IMG/VR virus record: IMGVR_UViG_3300037991_005043 | Span: 1 to 64,000 of that record | DNA: 64,000 bases | Source of the DNA: a virus | Taxonomy: Duplodnaviria > Caudoviricetes | Strand: one strand, 5' to 3' | In this document: piece by piece, positions 9,391-17,995 of the stretch | Position numbering within the stretch: the stretch's first letter is position 1 | How the letters are laid out: each line of letters starts with the position of its first letter | Position numbers and translations under genes: made by a program | Notes under the pieces: generated by a model | The model's database searches: none | Seen by the model: only the letters and a program-made list of their open reading frames with translations | What the model was told of the DNA's origin: nothing

Positions 9391-11913
9391 GTGTTACTAT
9401 TGAAACTATCTTCTATTGAAAAGGATAAACAAGCAGAAGTAGAGTTAGTTCAATTATTTGAAAAAACTAGAGTAGCATTTTTATCTGCTAGAACAGACCC
9501 TAAAGAATATGGGTCTATGTGGAGAAAGGCAGTAGAAGAAATTAGAAGAGTTAGTGGTAAAACTAATGTCGCTTCTAAAGAAATTAAAAATTATATTCCT
9601 AAAGACCTTTTAGATAATGAAGATTCAGAAAACCCAACCTCTCAAATGGCAGAGGATATCTTTGAAGGAATAAAGATGTTGAGGTATAAATCGGATGCTA
9701 TTGATGACCCTCTAGTTACTAGATTTGGAGAAAAGAATGTAATTGAGGCATTATTAGATTCTCCCGAAGATATGGTAAAGTTTGTTCATTATGCTATTAG
9801 GGCAGATAATAAAACTCTACCAAAGAAGGTTTTTGAAATAAAAGATATGTCTGAGGATTTACTAACTAATGGATTAGAAGGCTTAGATTTAGAAGAAGAG
9901 GATATTGCACTTTATTTAATTGAGCATTATGGCGATGGTAAAGATACAAAAGGTGTTGAGCAAGCCGTAGAGAACGCTTTAGAGATGTTGAAAACATTAT
10001 TCTTTTCTAACTATGATGAAGAAGAATGGGATGAACTTGTTGATATTGAAAAGTCAAATAAATCAGATGAAGAAAAGTCAGTTTCACATTTTGTAATCCC
10101 TAACAAACCAATGTATAGAATTTTCACAATAAAAGATATTGAAGAACTCAAAGGCTTTACTGGTGATTGGATAGTCCAAGAAAAATATAATGGTGTAAGA
10201 GTCCAATTACATAAAATAGATAATAATATCAAAGTTTTCAAGCATGACGGAACTGAAATAACTGATAAGTGTCCTACTCAAGTAAAGGAATTGAAAGAGA
10301 AAAAGTATGGAGATTGTATTCTAGATGCAGAATTAATTCTATTCAAGGGCGAGGATTCTCTTAATAGGACTAAGACTTTAGAGTATTTAGAAAAGAAAGA
10401 TTCTTTTGATGATACTCATATTTTGAGGTGTCATGTTTTTGATATTATGCGACATGATAATATGAATATGATGGAGAGAGAAATGAGAGATAGAATATCT
10501 ACTCTTTTCAATAATTATAGTTCTCATTCTTCTACAGAAATAGCATTCCCGTCTAAGAAAGATACTAGAGAAGCCGATAATATGAAAGACTTAGAGGAAT
10601 ATTCTAAGTCAATATTTAATTTACCTACATCTGAAGGAGTAGTAATAAAAGATGCTACATCTACTTACTATCTAGGAACTAAAAAGAATCCTAAATGGAT
10701 TAAGATGAAGAGGTTTGTAGATTTAGATTTATTAATTACTTCAAAGAAAGGAAATAATTGTGAGTTATCTGTATTAACAAATAAATATTCTGAATATAAT
10801 AAAATGGAAAAAGATGGTAAGCATTACATGAAGGTAGCCAACTTTAGAGTCAAAGAAGATGTAAAAGAAGGCGATATAGTTAGAGTTAAACTAAAATCTA
10901 TTAAGAAAACTAAAGATGGATTTAATTTAGTTATTGATGAAGTAATAGAAATACCCGAAGCAGAAACCCCCGATAAAGATACTACTTTAGAAATATTAGA
11001 AGAATCAGAAGATGCTAAAATAAAATATGACCTAAAAGAATTAGAAAAAGGTATTAGGATTACAGACCACATACACGGAGAAGTAGATTTACTAATAAAG
11101 AGTTCAATGGATGGTTTTGTAATTTATCCTAGTGAACAGAATCTTATGTCTAAGAATGCTTTTGCTGATATTGACCTATGGAAAAAAGAAGCAGAACAGA
11201 TATTTGAAGATAAAAAGGGTAAATTATACACAGTAATATTTGACTTTATAAAAAGTAAAGATAAAGAAGTTACTAGTAAAGAGGTTCATAATTTCTTAAA
11301 GAAAAAGCATAATGATATTTACATGGATATCTTTGGAGGACAACAAAGAAAAATTGAGAATTATATGAGGATGGCTGATGGTATAAATCCTACAAAACCA
11401 AAAGGACAACCTAATCAGACCTTTGTTGATGACCCTTCTAAAATTATGAATATAAAAAAAGAATATAAGACTCCCGAAAAATACAGAGAGGGAAAATTTA
11501 AGATTTACAAAAGAAAAGATGAGAATCTAAATATTAGTATTCAAGTTGGTGATGAAAATTTAAACTGGCTTGTGGATATTGATGATGAAGAAGAAATGTT
11601 TGATTTATTTGGTAAAGGTAAAAAATTCCCTGCTGAGGTTGCTAAAAATATCCAAAGAGAAAAAGTAATTGATGAAGGAGATATTACTTTAGGAGTTCAA
11701 AGGCATGGCTATCATGAATATATTATGAGAGGAAATAAGTTCCAATCTAAATTGCATTTTAGAGTATTACCTGTAAAGGATGAAAAAATGTGGTTAGTGT
11801 GGACTGGATTTAAACAAAAACCATTAGACTCCGATGAAGATGATGGTGTTTGGAATATTTATGAAGATAAATCAGCAGGATTAAGAATTCCTTATGAAAG
11901 CCGTGATTATTAA
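9391..11913 (+). CDS. lig: ATP-dependent DNA ligase (adenylation + OB domains) with N-terminal extension and C-terminal LigD phosphoesterase-like domain
   Basis: Motif I QEKYNG, III ILDAEL, IIIa VFDIM, IV EGVVIK, V WIKMK are all intact. The C-terminal VIDEG...YIMRG.KF..KLHFR...W pattern resembles a degenerate LigD PE domain (inference). Confidence 0.85.
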   Translation: MLLLKLSSIEKDKQAEVELVQLFEKTRVAFLSARTDPKEYGSMWRKAVEEIRRVSGKTNVASKEIKNYIPKDLLDNEDSENPTSQMAEDIFEGIKMLRYKSDAIDDPLVTRFGEKNVIEALLDSPEDMVKFVHYAIRADNKTLPKKVFEIKDMSEDLLTNGLEGLDLEEEDIALYLIEHYGDGKDTKGVEQAVENALEMLKTLFFSNYDEEEWDELVDIEKSNKSDEEKSVSHFVIPNKPMYRIFTIKDIEELKGFTGDWIVQEKYNGVRVQLHKIDNNIKVFKHDGTEITDKCPTQVKELKEKKYGDCILDAELILFKGEDSLNRTKTLEYLEKKDSFDDTHILRCHVFDIMRHDNMNMMEREMRDRISTLFNNYSSHSSTEIAFPSKKDTREADNMKDLEEYSKSIFNLPTSEGVVIKDATSTYYLGTKKNPKWIKMKRFVDLDLLITSKKGNNCELSVLTNKYSEYNKMEKDGKHYMKVANFRVKEDVKEGDIVRVKLKSIKKTKDGFNLVIDEVIEIPEAETPDKDTTLEILEESEDAKIKYDLKELEKGIRITDHIHGEVDLLIKSSMDGFVIYPSEQNLMSKNAFADIDLWKKEAEQIFEDKKGKLYTVIFDFIKSKDKEVTSKEVHNFLKKKHNDIYMDIFGGQQRKIENYMRMADGINPTKPKGQPNQTFVDDPSKIMNIKKEYKTPEKYREGKFKIYKRKDENLNISIQVGDENLNWLVDIDDEEEMFDLFGKGKKFPAEVAKNIQREKVIDEGDITLGVQRHGYHEYIMRGNKFQSKLHFRVLPVKDEKMWLVWTGFKQKPLDSDEDDGVWNIYEDKSAGLRIPYESRDY

Positions 11914-11920
11914 ATAGTAG
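11905..11920 (+). promoter_or_regulatory. Candidate archaeal TATA box for a leaderless protease/capsid transcript
   Basis: TTATTAAATAG about 30-40 nt upstream of ATG 11946, which lacks an SD sequence. Confidence 0.35.
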
Positions 11921-11945
11921 AAGATAAAACGAGAGTTCCGTTAGC

Positions 11946-13151
11946 ATGACGACTATACTCAAATCATCCGATGGGAATTTCAATATTCTCAAGAGTAGAG
12001 ATGACTTGATGATAGGTGGATATGCTAGTATCGAAATTGTTGATAAGCAAAATGATTTAATCACCTTGAAGGCTTTAGAAGAAGCAGTTACTAAATTTAT
12101 GGATAAAGACCGCTTTAGAAATGTTATGACAAATCATTCTAATGTTCAAGTTGGAGAAGTTGTAAAATCATACAGGGATAAAACTGGTAAATTGTGGAAA
12201 ACAGGAGTAGATGATGTAGGATTCTTTGTTGTTATCAAACTTAGAGATGATATAGAAAAAGCAAAGGAAATTAATAGAGGCATTCGCAAGGGCAACCTTC
12301 GTTCATTTAGTATTGGTGGGCAGGCTTTACAGAAAGTAAAGAAGCGACATCAAGACTTAGGGGAGTATAATGAAATAAGTAAGTTAGAACTCCATGAAGT
12401 TACTATATGTGAAAAAGGTATAAATCCCGAAGCGAAGTTCGATATCTTAAAGCAAGATAAAGGAGAGAATAACATGAGCGACATTGAAAAGGCTATGGAA
12501 GAACTGAACGCACTGATGGATGAGGTAAATACTCTTATCCAAAAGGAAGAAACCGAGAAGATGCCCGAAGCAGAAAAGGGTTCATATATGGATAAAGAGG
12601 ACATGGAAGATACAGAAATGGCTGATACAGAAATGGCTGAGGACAAAGAAGATATGGAATATGCAGATGAAGAAGCAAAAGCATATGTACCAACTGTTGA
12701 TGGTGCTGGTGTAGAAATTGGAGAACCTGCTAACAGAGTAGTTATTAGTGGTGGAAAGCCAACTTCTAACGATATGCCTGTTGTAAAAGCATTCAACAAT
12801 GTAGAGATTTCATCTCTAGATTTAGATGCTTCCACAATTGAAAAAGCATATGAGCAATTTAGAACAGAGCAACTAGAAGCATTGGCTCTAGATAATCTAC
12901 AAAAGACTTTTGAGGCGAGATTTGCAGATGAAATCTCCACAAGAGAAACACAAATTGCAAAGCAAAACTATGATGCACAATCAGAAATTGCAGACTTGAA
13001 GAAGTCATTCAAGGAACTTGCAGATTCTCTAACTGCTAGAGATGATGCAATTATCAAGGCTCAAGAAGAAGCAAGAGCAGAAATTCCTAGTATTGAAGAT
13101 ATCAGTTCTATGTCATGGTCTGATATTCACAAAATGGTAGGGGGGTACTAA
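11946..13151 (+). CDS. HK97-type prohead protease fused to acidic scaffold
   Basis: IGGYAS..VD.QND, NH...VG, LRSFSIGG, L.EVTICE.GINPEA motifs; immediately upstream of MCP. Confidence 0.92.
   Translation: MTTILKSSDGNFNILKSRDDLMIGGYASIEIVDKQNDLITLKALEEAVTKFMDKDRFRNVMTNHSNVQVGEVVKSYRDKTGKLWKTGVDDVGFFVVIKLRDDIEKAKEINRGIRKGNLRSFSIGGQALQKVKKRHQDLGEYNEISKLELHEVTICEKGINPEAKFDILKQDKGENNMSDIEKAMEELNALMDEVNTLIQKEETEKMPEAEKGSYMDKEDMEDTEMADTEMAEDKEDMEYADEEAKAYVPTVDGAGVEIGEPANRVVISGGKPTSNDMPVVKAFNNVEISSLDLDASTIEKAYEQFRTEQLEALALDNLQKTFEARFADEISTRETQIAKQNYDAQSEIADLKKSFKELADSLTARDDAIIKAQEEARAEIPSIEDISSMSWSDIHKMVGGY
12474..13151 (+). CDS. Nested in-frame scaffold protein (internal start)
   Basis: AGGAGA RBS at 12461-12466, 7 nt before an in-frame ATG (MSDIEKAMEE) right after the protease domain; analogous to lambda C/Nu3. 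Confidence 0.6.
   Translation: MSDIEKAMEELNALMDEVNTLIQKEETEKMPEAEKGSYMDKEDMEDTEMADTEMAEDKEDMEYADEEAKAYVPTVDGAGVEIGEPANRVVISGGKPTSNDMPVVKAFNNVEISSLDLDASTIEKAYEQFRTEQLEALALDNLQKTFEARFADEISTRETQIAKQNYDAQSEIADLKKSFKELADSLTARDDAIIKAQEEARAEIPSIEDISSMSWSDIHKMVGGY
12609..12638 (+). repeat. Perfect 15-bp tandem duplication (DTEMA x2)
   Basis: GATACAGAAATGGCT twice. Confidence 0.9.
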
Positions 13152-13153
13152 AC

Positions 13154-14494
13154 ATGTCAGGATATATTAACACAATTGCAGACCTAGAAGCACAAACATA
13201 CGGAATTAATACAGTTGGTGGAAACGCACTTTTGAAACAATCGGGTGCTATCGCTGGACTTCACACAGGACACGATACATCTCTAGGTGTAGGTAGTGGA
13301 ACTACCGCAGCATCAGATTTGGGTTCACTATACAATGTTGTTTATGGGCAGAAAGTTTGGTCTATGCTAAACAGAGAATGTAATGCTCTATCTATGATTT
13401 CAAAAAGACCATACACATCTAGCGGTTGGAGAGTTCTAAAATCTAGACCTGCTGGTGGTAGCGGTAATACTTTTGGAGTTGCTACAAGTGGAACACTAAA
13501 TGCTGCATTGTTAGGTGCAGATGCTCCTAGAGCAGATGCTATTGGTGGAGTACCAGAAAATGCAGGGCTTTCTACTGCGGCTGATGGTCTAGGACCAATT
13601 GCTCCAACATATGCTCAACTTTTCCAATCACCTAAGATAGTTGCACATCAATTTGATTTCTCTGAATTGGCTATGGAAATGGCTCAAATTGACGATGGTA
13701 TCGGTGATATTAGAGCACAAATGAGAGAAGATATGGGTAAGCACCACTCAGAAACACAGAACAAAATGCTAGTAATGCCTCTAGAGCATTATGGTGAAAA
13801 TTCTGCTATGCCTCATATTGAAAGAAACTATACTTCTCTATTGAAGATAGTTTCTAGCAGAGCAGAATTGTTGGCTATTGATGGTGGAGTTATTGCTACA
13901 GATACAACAAGTGCATCTAACAATTTGGGTAAGATATTTGGTAGTGAGAGATTCAGTGCTGCTTCTTTCCTAGATGCAGAAGTTGATTTTGGTAGTGGAT
14001 ATGCAGCAGGTGATGTTAGAAGTCTAACTCTAACTATCCTAAATAATCTAATTAGAAACCTAAGAACTGCTGGTGGTTCACCAAAGGTTATCCTAACTGG
14101 ATATGATACACTACAAGCAATTTCTGATTTGCTACAATCTCAAGAAAGGTTCATGGATAGAAAAGAAATAGTTCCTACTGTAAATGGTGTAAGAGGAGTT
14201 AAAGGTCAAGAAGTTGGATTTAGAGTTTCTACTTACTACGACATCCCTATGATTCCTGTTAAGGATATGCCTTCTACAACAAGTGCTTCAACAAGCATTT
14301 CTGATATGCTATTCTTAGATACAGACCATATGTGGCTATCTGTTATGAAGCCAACTCAATACTTTGAAGATGGTATTAGCAACGGAAACCCATTCGGTGT
14401 TGGAACACTAGGCAACAGGGCTATGTATAGAACTATTGGTGAAATCGGTTGTTCCTTCTTTAAGGGTCAAGGCAAGATTACAAACCTACAATGA
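13154..14494 (+). CDS. Major capsid protein (HK97 fold)
   Basis: 446 aa after protease; YGQKVWSMLN.E.NAL....K.P...SGWR and LFLDTD...KPTQYFE, typical of halo-/magrovirus MCPs. Confidence 0.9.
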   Translation: MSGYINTIADLEAQTYGINTVGGNALLKQSGAIAGLHTGHDTSLGVGSGTTAASDLGSLYNVVYGQKVWSMLNRECNALSMISKRPYTSSGWRVLKSRPAGGSGNTFGVATSGTLNAALLGADAPRADAIGGVPENAGLSTAADGLGPIAPTYAQLFQSPKIVAHQFDFSELAMEMAQIDDGIGDIRAQMREDMGKHHSETQNKMLVMPLEHYGENSAMPHIERNYTSLLKIVSSRAELLAIDGGVIATDTTSASNNLGKIFGSERFSAASFLDAEVDFGSGYAAGDVRSLTLTILNNLIRNLRTAGGSPKVILTGYDTLQAISDLLQSQERFMDRKEIVPTVNGVRGVKGQEVGFRVSTYYDIPMIPVKDMPSTTSASTSISDMLFLDTDHMWLSVMKPTQYFEDGISNGNPFGVGTLGNRAMYRTIGEIGCSFFKGQGKITNLQ

Positions 14495-14504
14495 GGTGCT
14501 CTAG

Positions 14505-15056
14505 ATGACTTACTCAGTAACTCAACTAGCAGACCACAAAGGTTTCTCTTTGCCTAAAGTTTCTGGTGATGAATATGTTGTTAATGTAGAATTAGATATT
14601 ACATCTTTCGCTTCTACGGCAATTTCAGTAACAGGAGATTTTTTAGCACTACCTAATCAATTTACTGCTGATGCAGGAGAAGATATTAGTAGCCTAGAAG
14701 TCGGACAAGCAGTAACACTATCAAATTGTGTAGATTCAGGAAATAACGCAACAGTAACTATTGCTGCTATTAGCGGTCAAGTTCTTACTCTTTCAAATGT
14801 TGCGGCAGATGAGAATAGTGATACAATTACAATCACTAACACGCATGAAAAGATAACTGCTTCTTCTCTAGGACTATCTACTATTACCGCAGTAGAAGTT
14901 ATAGGTCAAGAAAGTCTTGCTAACGGTTTTCAAGTTATTAAATATCTATCAGATACTACCTTTGAACTAAAAGCATTTACTCTTTCAAATGGTGCAGTTT
15001 TGGCTACAACAACTGATGCTGGAACTGTGAGGCTAAGAGTTTATGGAAACCTTTGA
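14505..15056 (+). CDS. Putative capsid decoration/minor head protein with inserted beta module
   Basis: Follows MCP; beta-rich and Thr/Ser-rich; ends VRLRVYGNL. Confidence 0.6.
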   Translation: MTYSVTQLADHKGFSLPKVSGDEYVVNVELDITSFASTAISVTGDFLALPNQFTADAGEDISSLEVGQAVTLSNCVDSGNNATVTIAAISGQVLTLSNVAADENSDTITITNTHEKITASSLGLSTITAVEVIGQESLANGFQVIKYLSDTTFELKAFTLSNGAVLATTTDAGTVRLRVYGNL

Positions 15057-15415
15057 AGGTGATTCATTTGGTAACAGTAAAACTTACAGGAGATTCTAAA
15101 ATAGGTAGGTTAGTAGTTCCTAATTCTGAGGGAGCACCCACAGAAATTACTAGGAATGATTCTACTAGCGTTTCTTTGAAATGGGCTTTAGTAAGAGGTA
15201 AAGATAGAAACTTATTATTTACCTTTGAAGAATCCGATAGAGAAGAACTATTATCTATTGAAGGGAATATGCAAGCAACTGTTCTAAGGGAATTTGGAGT
15301 AGAAACATTAGAAATGCTAGAATCTAGAATTCTGCCTGCTAAAAAAGTAGCATCTAAAGGCAGACCAAAGGGTTCTACAACTAAGAAAACTACCTCTAAA
15401 ACCAAAAAGGATTAA
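15053..15415 (+). CDS. Hypothetical protein with basic AT-hook-like tail
   Basis: C-terminal SKGRPKGSTTKKT; true start probably the TTG a few codons in, after GGTGA. Confidence 0.65.
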   Translation: MKVIHLVTVKLTGDSKIGRLVVPNSEGAPTEITRNDSTSVSLKWALVRGKDRNLLFTFEESDREELLSIEGNMQATVLREFGVETLEMLESRILPAKKVASKGRPKGSTTKKTTSKTKKD

Positions 15416-15455
15416 GTAGAAAGCATTTTCTAAGCGAATATAACGAGGAATCAGC

Positions 15456-15734
15456 ATGGGTACAGTATGTAGAAGTAGTGGCGTTTTAACGAGTAGCGGA
15501 ATAGTGTCTAACTCTAGAGCACTACTAACTTCTATCCATGCTACAGAGGTGGGTGGTTCGGCAGCGACTATAAAAATCTTTGACGGAACTTCAAATTCTG
15601 GTAAAGAAGTCGCCCGAATCACCCTCACCGCAAATCAAACAATAGAGTTTGATATGCATAATGTTATCTGCACAGATGGAATATTCTTTGAAGAAGTTTC
15701 TGGTGCAGTAGCGGTTTCCGTTGAATTCGCTTGA
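15456..15734 (+). CDS. Small beta-rich putative structural protein
   Basis: 92 aa; GAGG RBS; jelly-roll-like alternating pattern. Confidence 0.6.
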   Translation: MGTVCRSSGVLTSSGIVSNSRALLTSIHATEVGGSAATIKIFDGTSNSGKEVARITLTANQTIEFDMHNVICTDGIFFEEVSGAVAVSVEFA

Positions 15735-15743
15735 GGTAATATA

Positions 15744-16160
15744 ATGGCTGCACTTGATAATGCGACTAGACTAGTAATGACTATACTTTTTGTGGGAACA
15801 GTTAGCGGTGCTAATGTTTTCTTTTACGCTAAGTATGGTTCTAATTTTCCATACACACCTATGGCTCATGCCGTATTATTTGGATTAATGACAGTAGGTA
15901 GTATCATGGTAGTAAAAGCCATGTTCGATTTATTCTTAAATGATAAAATTGAATTGTGGCTATTAGATAGAAAGATAGATGCTTTTTGGAGTAGAAAGAA
16001 AAGAGATTCGGAACAATATTCTAAAATGCAAGAAAGTGCAAAAACTATCGGGATGCCCTTTAATCAATCTCTTCCTATTCAAAATAACTCTAAAACACCC
16101 GTACCCATTAATTCTGGTGAGGCAGAAATTAGTAATGAATTCTTAATCGGACTACAGTAG
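15744..16160 (+). CDS. Membrane protein, two predicted TM helices
   Basis: LVMTILFVGTVSGANVFFY and AVLFGLMTVGSIMVVKAMF hydrophobic segments; GAGGT RBS. Confidence 0.8.
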   Translation: MAALDNATRLVMTILFVGTVSGANVFFYAKYGSNFPYTPMAHAVLFGLMTVGSIMVVKAMFDLFLNDKIELWLLDRKIDAFWSRKKRDSEQYSKMQESAKTIGMPFNQSLPIQNNSKTPVPINSGEAEISNEFLIGLQ

Positions 16161-16169
16161 GTGGTTTAG

Positions 16170-16385
16170 ATGTTAAGCGACATTATGGGTATGTCGGATA
16201 GCGACTATATGTATAATCAAAGTAGGGCGCATTCAGCAGACCTACTATTTCTTAAGATGAGAGCATGGTTTTGGGGAACCACTTCTACACTTATAGCCCT
16301 ACTTTTAGGTAACATTGGTGGAGTCTTTGATATTAATATCATGGGCTGGATAATAGACACTATTACGGGGCTATGGGGTCATTGA
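16170..16385 (+). CDS. Small membrane protein
   Basis: AWFWGTTSTLIALLLGNIGGVF...IMGWII hydrophobic stretch; GGTGG RBS. Confidence 0.75.
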   Translation: MLSDIMGMSDSDYMYNQSRAHSADLLFLKMRAWFWGTTSTLIALLLGNIGGVFDINIMGWIIDTITGLWGH

Positions 16386-16386
16386 T

Positions 16387-17046
16387 ATGTCATTAATGAC
16401 TGGTTTTGCTATTCTTGTAGGTGAAGCAGTATTAGGAATATACAAAAAACTACACGCAATTAATTTTGGAATATATGGGGCTACTATGGTAGGTAAAACT
16501 ACTTTAAATCATCAACTTAGAACTAGGGGAGAAGTTCATCAGATTAATGAAAGAACTGTAGGATTACATAGACCATCTAGAAAAAATGTAAAAATAGATG
16601 GAGAAACTAATACTATTAGATGCTCGGATGTTGGAGGGGAAGCGATTTACTGGAAAGAATGGGCTAAAGATATGCAACTTAGAAAAGTTAAGTATGTCAT
16701 ATTTATGATAGACCATAGACATTTAGATAATACTTCTAATTTAGACCATCAGTTAGCATGGAAGTTTCTAGTAGATACTATTGTATCTGATACTTTACCT
16801 ACTGGTAGAAAAAAGAAAGACAAGGATTATCCTATGGCGGTAGGTATTTGGGCTAACAAATATGATATTTGGGGAGAAAAATATCCAACCGATGACATAG
16901 AAAAACATGAAATATTTGAACCTTTTAAGTATGGAATGAGGAAGTTAAACGAGAAGGGAATACCTTGCTTCAAATATATTGTATCGGCAAAATCTGACCC
17001 CGAAATGGTATATCGTGGAGTAATGACTATGATTAAGGATTACTGA
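16387..17046 (+). CDS. Arf/Sar-like small GTPase (Ras superfamily) with N-terminal hydrophobic helix
   Basis: G1 GATMVGKT, G2 RTVG, G3 DVGGE, switch-II W, VIFMID, G4 ANKYD, G5 SAK. Confidence 0.88.
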   Translation: MSLMTGFAILVGEAVLGIYKKLHAINFGIYGATMVGKTTLNHQLRTRGEVHQINERTVGLHRPSRKNVKIDGETNTIRCSDVGGEAIYWKEWAKDMQLRKVKYVIFMIDHRHLDNTSNLDHQLAWKFLVDTIVSDTLPTGRKKKDKDYPMAVGIWANKYDIWGEKYPTDDIEKHEIFEPFKYGMRKLNEKGIPCFKYIVSAKSDPEMVYRGVMTMIKDY

Positions 17047-17051
17047 TTATT

Positions 17052-17300
17052 ATGTGGGAAAATGTTCTAAAAGGTAAAGTTCCTAAAAAACTTAGGGCAG
17101 AAATAGAAAATAAATTACCTCAAATAGAAATAGTTTCATTTCAGCAGACTAAGGGAGGACATAAGTTATTAGAATTATTTAATACTGAAACCAATGAACG
17201 GGGAAAAATTTCAGTTTCTTCTAGTCCTAAATCTAAAGGAAAATATCACTTAGTTATTCAAGACATAAAAAAGAAATTTAAAATCGGGAGAGAAATATAA
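17052..17300 (+). CDS. HicA-like (dsRBD-fold) small protein carrying a WxxVLK tag
   Basis: MWENVLK start; TKGGH...ISVSSSP......IQDI pattern of phage HicA-like proteins. Confidence 0.55.
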   Translation: MWENVLKGKVPKKLRAEIENKLPQIEIVSFQQTKGGHKLLELFNTETNERGKISVSSSPKSKGKYHLVIQDIKKKFKIGREI

Positions 17301-17995
17301 TGTATCAACAACCAAACCTAATAGGAACACAACCAATACAACCAACCTTTAACCAACTACCTTCTGCTTTCTTACCCCCATTAGAAAGGGCTAGGTCAGC
17401 AGGTCAAGTAGAAGAATATCGCTATCAATCAATTAAACCAAAGAAGCAACTTAAAGAACTTAGAAAAGTTCTATTACCTGAGAAAAAGAAATTTTTAATA
17501 TTCAAATATGGTAAGAAGTTTGACATAAAAGATAGGTGTATTATTTGTGGAACTCAGCATGTTTGGGATGCTGGTGATGCACTAAGACCACCTATTCCTC
17601 TTACAGAAGTTACTAAAGGCAGACCAATGAGAGGAACTTATTGTCCTAGACACGCATCGCATTTTAAACAACATGAGATGTTAGAAGAAAAAATAATGGC
17701 TGAAAAACATGGTTTAGAGTTCAATGCTTACAAACCTAGAATACCTAAAGTTTTAAAATCAGCACCTTTAAAAAATCTAAGTAAAGCAGATGTTACTTCA
17801 TTAATGGCTTTAGGTTGGTATATTGTTCCCCCTGCTCAAGAGAAAGAAACTCCTAATGATGAAGCATATAGATTAATTACTGAAATTAATTTAGCAACAG
17901 AAAGATTAAATTATTTAGTGGGCAACACAGGAGTATCAGTAGCAGACCCTAATGCTACCACGCAAGAAAAAAAGGTGATTAAAAATGCCGAGTAA
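17300..17995 (+). CDS. Hypothetical protein with putative Zn finger
   Basis: CIICG...YCPRH; Gln/Pro-rich N-terminus. Confidence 0.75.
   Translation: MYQQPNLIGTQPIQPTFNQLPSAFLPPLERARSAGQVEEYRYQSIKPKKQLKELRKVLLPEKKKFLIFKYGKKFDIKDRCIICGTQHVWDAGDALRPPIPLTEVTKGRPMRGTYCPRHASHFKQHEMLEEKIMAEKHGLEFNAYKPRIPKVLKSAPLKNLSKADVTSLMALGWYIVPPAQEKETPNDEAYRLITEINLATERLNYLVGNTGVSVADPNATTQEKKVIKNAE

Noticed and set aside
9100-13151. C-terminal GG-X ends (MGGE, VGGY) as cryptic ubiquitin-like precursors for the JAB/E1 system
   Set aside because: The Gly codons are the GGAGG/GGGGG RBS of the next gene, and neither protein looks like a beta-grasp fold.
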